Origin: Candidatus Eiseniibacteriota bacterium
GTDB taxonomy: Bacteria; Eisenbacteria; RBG-16-71-46
NCBI GenBank assembly: GCA_963744995.1
Contig: CAVUWA010000002.1
Span: 32,001-96,000, forward strand
Direction: 5' to 3'
Length of the DNA stretch: 64,000 bases
Shown: positions 57,526 to 64,000 of the stretch, piece by piece
How the letters are laid out: each line of letters begins with the position of its first letter
How positions within the stretch are numbered: position 1 is the first letter of the stretch
Translations under genes and position numbers: made by a program
The notes under the pieces: generated by a model
The model's input: only the letters and a program-made list of their open reading frames with translations
Told to the model about the DNA's origin: nothing
The model's database searches: none

Positions 57526-59748
57526 ATGCACACCCGACATCGCAGACCCCTCACACGTCACACTCGGACAGTCGGCTGTGCCGTTGCGTGCGCCGTGGTC
57601 CTCGCCGCACTGCTCTGGACTCCGGCAGCCCTCGCCCAGCACATGCAGATCTGCGCCGACCTCAACGATCCGGCGCTGGCCAGCGAGTACCTGGCCGTCT
57701 ACGACAAGACCGGTCTCGAGGGCAACGCGAACTACACCATCGAGGCGTGGGTGCGGCCGATCGCGGGAGGCGTCAACCAGGCGATCGTCGGCAACGACTT
57801 TTCGCAGAGCTTCTATCTGGGCCTGGGGCCCGGCGAGCGCGTGCGGTTCTACCCGAAGGGCGGCAGCAACCAGTACTTCGAGAGCAACGCCAGCGTCCCG
57901 CTCGGAATCTGGACCCACGTCGCCGCGACGTACTCCAGCGTCGCCGGTGCGAAGATCTACGTGAACGGCGAACTGGACGCTGCGGACGCTTCGTACACGG
58001 GAATGCCCGGGACCAGCCCGAACCCGCTCTACGTCGGGGCCGACCGACAGTCGCCCACGTCGCCCGCGTATTTCTGGCGCGGCATGCTCGGTGAAATCCG
58101 CATCTGGAGCGAGACCCGCACGGCGACCCAGATCCACGACCACTACCGGATCGGCGTGGGCTCGCGCGCGGTGTTCACGAACACCGTCTACGAGCACCTC
58201 GAGGCGTGCTGGGCGTTCGCGGCCGGGGTCGAGCCGACCACTCAGGACAACGCCGACGGCCTTCTGCCGGGTGCCAACCTGCTCTTTCAGGAAAACGGCG
58301 CCGGACTGGCCTACGACGAAGGTCCGCCGGTGAGCGTCAACACCGCGCTGGAGTTGAACGGGGTGGATGACCACGCGATGATCCCGATGGCGGACGGGTT
58401 TCCGGGCGGGCTCACCATCGACGCGTGGGTCAGGCCCGACGACTTCAGCAACTACTCGACCATCGTCGGACGCGACTACCACACGAGCTTCTGGCTGGGG
58501 TTCGCGCCCGACGGCCGGGTGCGCTTCTATCCCACGGGCGGGACCGGCAACTACTTCGAGAGCCAGACGTCGCTGTCGGTCACGCATTGGATGCACGTCG
58601 CCGCCACCTACCGTCCCGGCGACGCGCGCATCTACATCAACGGCAAGCTCGACACGCACACCGACAGCTTCACGGCACCGGTCGGCGGCAACGGGCGCGA
58701 TGTGTGGATCGGGGCGGACAACGAGGGCGGCGCCGGTGTGCCGTACCCGTTCCAGGGCGCGCTCGACAACGTTCGGATCTGCAAAGGAGTGTGGAGCGTC
58801 GCACAGATCCGTGAGCGTATGTTCCTGGGGTTCGAGTGGGCGGGGGAAATTCCGAGCCACGAGTTCGTAGACGACGAGGGAATCGCGCGCGACAGCTACG
58901 CAGTCGGATTCGGCGAAGGCGAGTTCGTCGAGTACAGCAACTACGGGTACGCCGTGAGCGGAACCGACGCGCACCTCGTGCGTTCGGGCGCGCCGCTCGT
59001 GGAGAAGCGTCTGTACTGGGCAATGGGTATCGCCGACCCGGGGCTCGAGAACTACCTCATGAAGGAGGGTTCGACCCCGGAAATCGCGTCAGCCATTCTA
59101 AGCCCCCTGTGGTACGAGCCATCCCAGACGATCGGAACGGTGCGGATATTCGTGAGCGCACCGATGTACGATCTGTCCAGTAACACCGTCAATATCAAGT
59201 CGCCATCGGGGACCATGGTGCGGCTGCTCGATGTGGGCGAGACCACGGGCAGCGATCTCCACACGGTGTTCTACGACGCGGCGCCCTGGACACTCGCCAC
59301 CGGCTTCGCACCGTTCTACGACGGCGTGCAGCCCTCGCAATCGCTCTCCGCCGTGGCGGGCGAGGACAGCCACGGTTACTGGACTCTCAGCCTGGGGGGG
59401 GACGCCGTGGCCAAGGTGGGGCGCTGGTACTGGGGCATCGAGATCAACGGCGTGAACGCGGGCGTTGATCAGGCTCTCCCGGAACGAGTCGAGCTCGCCA
59501 ACGCGGGCGGCAATCCCGTGCGCGGCCAGGGCCGGGTCTCGTTCACGCTGCCGCGCGCGGCGAGCGTGGACCTGCGGCTGTTCGACCTGCAGGGCCGGCC
59601 GGTGCGCACGCTGCTCGACGGACCGCAGGCGCCGGGGACGTTCATGCTGAGCTGGTCGGCCGCGGACCTCCCGGCGGGCGCCTACTTCGTGCGCCTGCGC
59701 GTGGACGGCGAGCCCGCGGGGTCGCTACGGATCACGGTGCTGCGTTGA
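57526..59748 (+). CDS. Secreted LamG-LamG-P-domain protein with C-terminal FlgD-Ig/T9SS-like domain (paralogue B)
   Basis: GGAGGAG RBS; same architecture and shared YLAV.DKTGLEG, IVGND..QSF, VRFYP.GG. Confidence 0.8.
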   Translation: MHTRHRRPLTRHTRTVGCAVACAVVLAALLWTPAALAQHMQICADLNDPALASEYLAVYDKTGLEGNANYTIEAWVRPIAGGVNQAIVGNDFSQSFYLGLGPGERVRFYPKGGSNQYFESNASVPLGIWTHVAATYSSVAGAKIYVNGELDAADASYTGMPGTSPNPLYVGADRQSPTSPAYFWRGMLGEIRIWSETRTATQIHDHYRIGVGSRAVFTNTVYEHLEACWAFAAGVEPTTQDNADGLLPGANLLFQENGAGLAYDEGPPVSVNTALELNGVDDHAMIPMADGFPGGLTIDAWVRPDDFSNYSTIVGRDYHTSFWLGFAPDGRVRFYPTGGTGNYFESQTSLSVTHWMHVAATYRPGDARIYINGKLDTHTDSFTAPVGGNGRDVWIGADNEGGAGVPYPFQGALDNVRICKGVWSVAQIRERMFLGFEWAGEIPSHEFVDDEGIARDSYAVGFGEGEFVEYSNYGYAVSGTDAHLVRSGAPLVEKRLYWAMGIADPGLENYLMKEGSTPEIASAILSPLWYEPSQTIGTVRIFVSAPMYDLSSNTVNIKSPSGTMVRLLDVGETTGSDLHTVFYDAAPWTLATGFAPFYDGVQPSQSLSAVAGEDSHGYWTLSLGGDAVAKVGRWYWGIEINGVNAGVDQALPERVELANAGGNPVRGQGRVSFTLPRAASVDLRLFDLQGRPVRTLLDGPQAPGTFMLSWSAADLPAGAYFVRLRVDGEPAGSLRITVLR

Positions 59749-59958
59749 TCCGAGCCGCGTCCCGTCTGCTGTCCGCCCGCGGCTGCTGCAACGGGGCCGC
59801 GGGCATTCCCATGCCGGATGCGGCACGGCGCCAGAAGTTCCGCTGAACGGAATCGGGCGCGGCGATTTCTACAAAGCGGATCCCGCGAGCGCACGCCGGA
59901 GACCGCGGACATCGCTGTATTCGACTGTGTACCAACCGCTTGGGAGATCGTTTCGGCG

Positions 59959-59974
59959 CGGCGCGATCCTTGCG
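59959..59974 (+). promoter_or_regulatory. Putative sigma-54 (-24/-12) promoter
   Basis: CGGCGCGATCCTTGCG: GG-N10-GC with TTGC, about 90 nt upstream of CDS 60063 and near an NtrC-type gene. Confidence 0.55.
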
Positions 59975-60062
59975 CTCGAAGGAGAGAGGTCCCGTCGCGG
60001 GCGCGGCGGCGGCCGAGGCGCCGCAGGCGGCGCCGCCACGAACGCTCGATCGGAGGGACGCC

Positions 60063-60278
60063 ATGAGAACTCTCGGCATCGTTCTCCTCGTCGCGGGCGT
60101 GCTCGCGCTCGTCTATCAGGGCTTCACCTACCGCAAGCAGGACACGCTGCTGGACGTCGGCGGAATGCAGGCGAAGGTGGTGCACGACGAACGCGTGAAC
60201 ATCCCGCCGATCGCCGGCGCCGCTGCCGTGGTGGCCGGCATCGCGCTGGTCTTCGCGGAGCGCCGCCGGGCCGGGTGA
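60063..60278 (+). CDS. Small two-TM membrane protein (DUF3185-like)
   Basis: GGAGGG RBS; MRTLGIVLLVAGVLALVYQGFTY...IPPIAG. Confidence 0.75.
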   Translation: MRTLGIVLLVAGVLALVYQGFTYRKQDTLLDVGGMQAKVVHDERVNIPPIAGAAAVVAGIALVFAERRRAG

Positions 60279-60356
60279 ACCCGGACCGCAGCTCCACCGC
60301 GCGCGATCGTCGCGCGCGGATCGACTCGGCCGGTACGTCCAATCTGGGAGGTCATC

Positions 60357-60530
60357 ATGCTGCGCTGGGCACTGACGTTTCTCATCGTCGCGCTGCTCGC
60401 CGCATTCTTCGGCTTCGGCGGAATCGCCGCGGCCTCGGCGGGCATCGCCAAGTTCCTGTTCTTCCTGTTCCTGATCCTGTTCGCCATCTCGCTGATCATG
60501 GGGCTCACGGCTCGCACACGGCTCCGTTAG
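60357..60530 (+). CDS. DUF1328 (UPF0391) small membrane protein
   Basis: 57-aa ORF absent from the ORF track: [48 protein letters not shown]. Confidence 0.9.
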   Translation: MLRWALTFLIVALLAAFFGFGGIAAASAGIAKFLFFLFLILFAISLIMGLTARTRLR

Positions 60531-60660
60531 TCGGGCATCGACGCGGCGAGGAGCCAGGCGCGCCGGGGCGCGGGCGGCGGACGTCGCCGCATTCGGACGG
60601 CGTTCGCCCTCCGCTCCGGGGCGCGGTGTTGGCGCTCGAGCCGCCCGCCGGGCGGCAGAA

Positions 60661-62063
<1,403 letters not shown>

Positions 62064-62067
<4 letters not shown>

Positions 62068-62525
62068 GCCGACTCCCGGTGGGCGGGCGGCGGTTCGTTG
62101 AGCTCGACCCAGTAGCGGATGGCGTCGACCAGATACGCGCCGGGATGGCGCGCGTCGTAGCGCTTCACGAGAAAACTGTTGGCGCCGAGCGCATAGCTGC
62201 GCTGGACGTCGTTCGGCCGGTTCGACGACGACACCACCACCACCGGCAGCCGCTGGGTGGCCTCGTCGTGCCGAATGGAGCTCAGCACCTGCCAGCCGTC
62301 GCGTACCGGCATGTTGAGGTCGAGCAGCACCACGACCGGCGGCGCGGTCGCGGCCTTCTGCGGCGCGGCGGCCGGTTCGTCGAGGCCGAGCGCGGACAGT
62401 GCCTCGCCGCCGTCGTGCGCGACGGACAGACGCACGCCCAGCCCTGAACGCCGGATCGCACGCCGCGCCACGCGAAGGAAGTCCTCGTCGTCGTCGACGA
62501 GCAGGATGAACGGATCTCTGTTCAT
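62064..62525 (-). CDS. Single-domain response regulator (Rcp1-like)
   Basis: LLVDDD, LLDLNMP, SSS...D..RSY.LGANSFLVK. Confidence 0.88.
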
Positions 62526-64000
62526 GGCGTCGCCTTGAAGGTGGGGAGGGTGAACGAGAAACGGGCGCCGTGCTCGCCGTCGCTCTCGGCGGCGACGCGG
62601 CCGCCGAGGCGCCGCACGATGCGCGCCACGATCGCCAGGCCGAGGCCGGTGCCCTGGAAACGCCTGGAGGAGTGGAATCGTGTGAACGGCTCGAACACCG
62701 AAGCCGCCGCCTCGGGGTCGAAGCCCACGCCGTTGTCCTCCACGGTGTAGGTGTTTTCGTCCGCGTCGACGCTGCCCGAGACGCGGATCAGCCGCTCTTC
62801 GCGCTCGCGCGTGTACTTGAGCGCGTTGGAGAACAGGTTGGTGAGCACGCGCTCGACCAGCACGGGATCGCCCCACGCGTCCGGCAGGGCGCCGGCTTCG
62901 AACCGCACGTTGCCGGTGTGCTCTTCGCCGGACACGGCCTCCTGATAGGCGCGTTTCGCGACTTCCTGCATCGGCACGTGCTCGCGCACGGGCTCTTCGC
63001 GCCCCGCGCGCGCGAGCTGCACGAGATCGTCGAGGAGCGCGATCGCGGCCTGGCTGCTCTTCTGGATCCGCTGCAGCACCTTGCGGCCCTCGTCGTCGAG
63101 GCGCTGGCCGTAGTCCTCGTCGAGGATCGAGGTGTAGTTCACGACCGCGCCGACCGGCGAACGCAGATCGTGCGAGATCGAGTGGCTGAAGGCCTCGAGT
63201 TCGGTCATCGCGTCGCGCAGCTCGGCCGTGCGCTGCTCGACGCGGCTCTCGAGCTCTTCGTTCAGCCGGTGCAGCTCGCGGTCGCGCTCGGTGAGTTCGC
63301 GCACCCGCGCATCCAGCGACTCGTTGGTCCGCGCGAGCGCGCTCGAGAAGCTGCGTACGCGCAGGATCTGCAGGGCGATGGCGCCGATGCCGAGCGACAG
63401 CAGCAGCCCGGTGAGCAGCACGTATTGCGGCCACGGGCTCTCGGTGCGTTCCAGGTATTCCTCGGTCGGCTCGAAGTCCACGATCCACGTTCCGCCGGCC
63501 GACAACGAGAGCTTCACTTCCTTGTGCAGCCACGGCGGTGCATGAGCGGCCGCGGTGCCGCGCTGGAAGAGGGCACGGCCGTCGTCGGTGCGCACCGTGA
63601 ACGCGAGGCCGCGGGCGGTCTCGTAGCCGGTGCCGCCGAACAGCGAATCGGGGCGGATCTCCGCGGCCAGGGTGCCCACCTCGAGGTCCGGCGTGCGCAC
63701 CGGCAGGAGCACACGGATCGCCGGCTCACCTCCGATCGAGGCGCTCACGTCGGGGCCCGGGTGGCCGAGGTTCTCGACCGCGTCGGAGACGAGCTTCGGC
63801 GTCGGCGTCCATGACGAGTCGCGGGCGACGTAGCGGATGCTGTCACCGTTCGCCGAGATCCACGCGATCCAGGTAATGCCGGGGAAGTTGTCCGTGACCA
63901 TGCCGGTGTCGAAATGCCAGACGGGCATTTCCTGAAGTCCGTACAGCTGCCAGAACCGCGCCAGGTTGCGCAGTGCGAACAGGTGTTTCTCGACTCGATC
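62522..64000 (-). CDS. Membrane sensor histidine kinase (5' end beyond the window)
   Basis: ELEAFSHSISHDLRSP H-box, NLFSNALKY, DNGVGF, GTGLGLAI; extracytoplasmic domain and TM helix. Confidence 0.9.
   Translation of the reverse strand, partial: DRVEKHLFALRNLARFWQLYGLQEMPVWHFDTGMVTDNFPGITWIAWISANGDSIRYVARDSSWTPTPKLVSDAVENLGHPGPDVSASIGGEPAIRVLLPVRTPDLEVGTLAAEIRPDSLFGGTGYETARGLAFTVRTDDGRALFQRGTAAAHAPPWLHKEVKLSLSAGGTWIVDFEPTEEYLERTESPWPQYVLLTGLLLSLGIGAIALQILRVRSFSSALARTNESLDARVRELTERDRELHRLNEELESRVEQRTAELRDAMTELEAFSHSISHDLRSPVGAVVNYTSILDEDYGQRLDDEGRKVLQRIQKSSQAAIALLDDLVQLARAGREEPVREHVPMQEVAKRAYQEAVSGEEHTGNVRFEAGALPDAWGDPVLVERVLTNLFSNALKYTREREERLIRVSGSVDADENTYTVEDNGVGFDPEAAASVFEPFTRFHSSRRFQGTGLGLAIVARIVRRLGGRVAAESDGEHGARFSFTLPTFKATP

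Overview
A very GC-rich, densely coding bacterial chromosomal segment with about 60 CDSs. I recognised no rRNA, tRNA, CRISPR array, transposase or integrase. Five secreted proteins end in a T9SS-type-A/FlgD-Ig-like C-terminal domain and one ends in a TTWGxLKxxY tail, a style that suggests an FCB-affiliated candidate lineage such as Ca. Eisenbacteria (inference only). Content includes secreted modular proteins (a triple GEVED-type repeat protein, two LamG-LamG-P-domain paralogues, a 49-aa repeat propeller-like protein) and an acyl-CoA/aldehyde operon (bioY, 3-hydroxyacyl-CoA dehydrogenase, DinB, ALDH, VOC, thiolase, sirtuin) in which two proteins carry histone-H1-like Lys/Ala/Arg tails. Also present are three crotonases, arsR-arsM with a palindromic operator, ispH, SOD/BCP/AhpD-like redox genes, tryptophanase, moaD/moaE, queG, ETF-QO, and an HK-RR-NtrC module next to two small membrane genes with a sigma-54-like promoter. 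About seven single-base frameshifts, including ones in moaD and queG, are most likely long-read consensus errors. The best candidates for something new are the basic-tailed detox enzymes co-encoded with a sirtuin, a roughly 740-bp structured intergenic region with its own promoter, a LigB-fold protein lacking its metal-binding His residues, and a recurring leaderless -10/ATG architecture.
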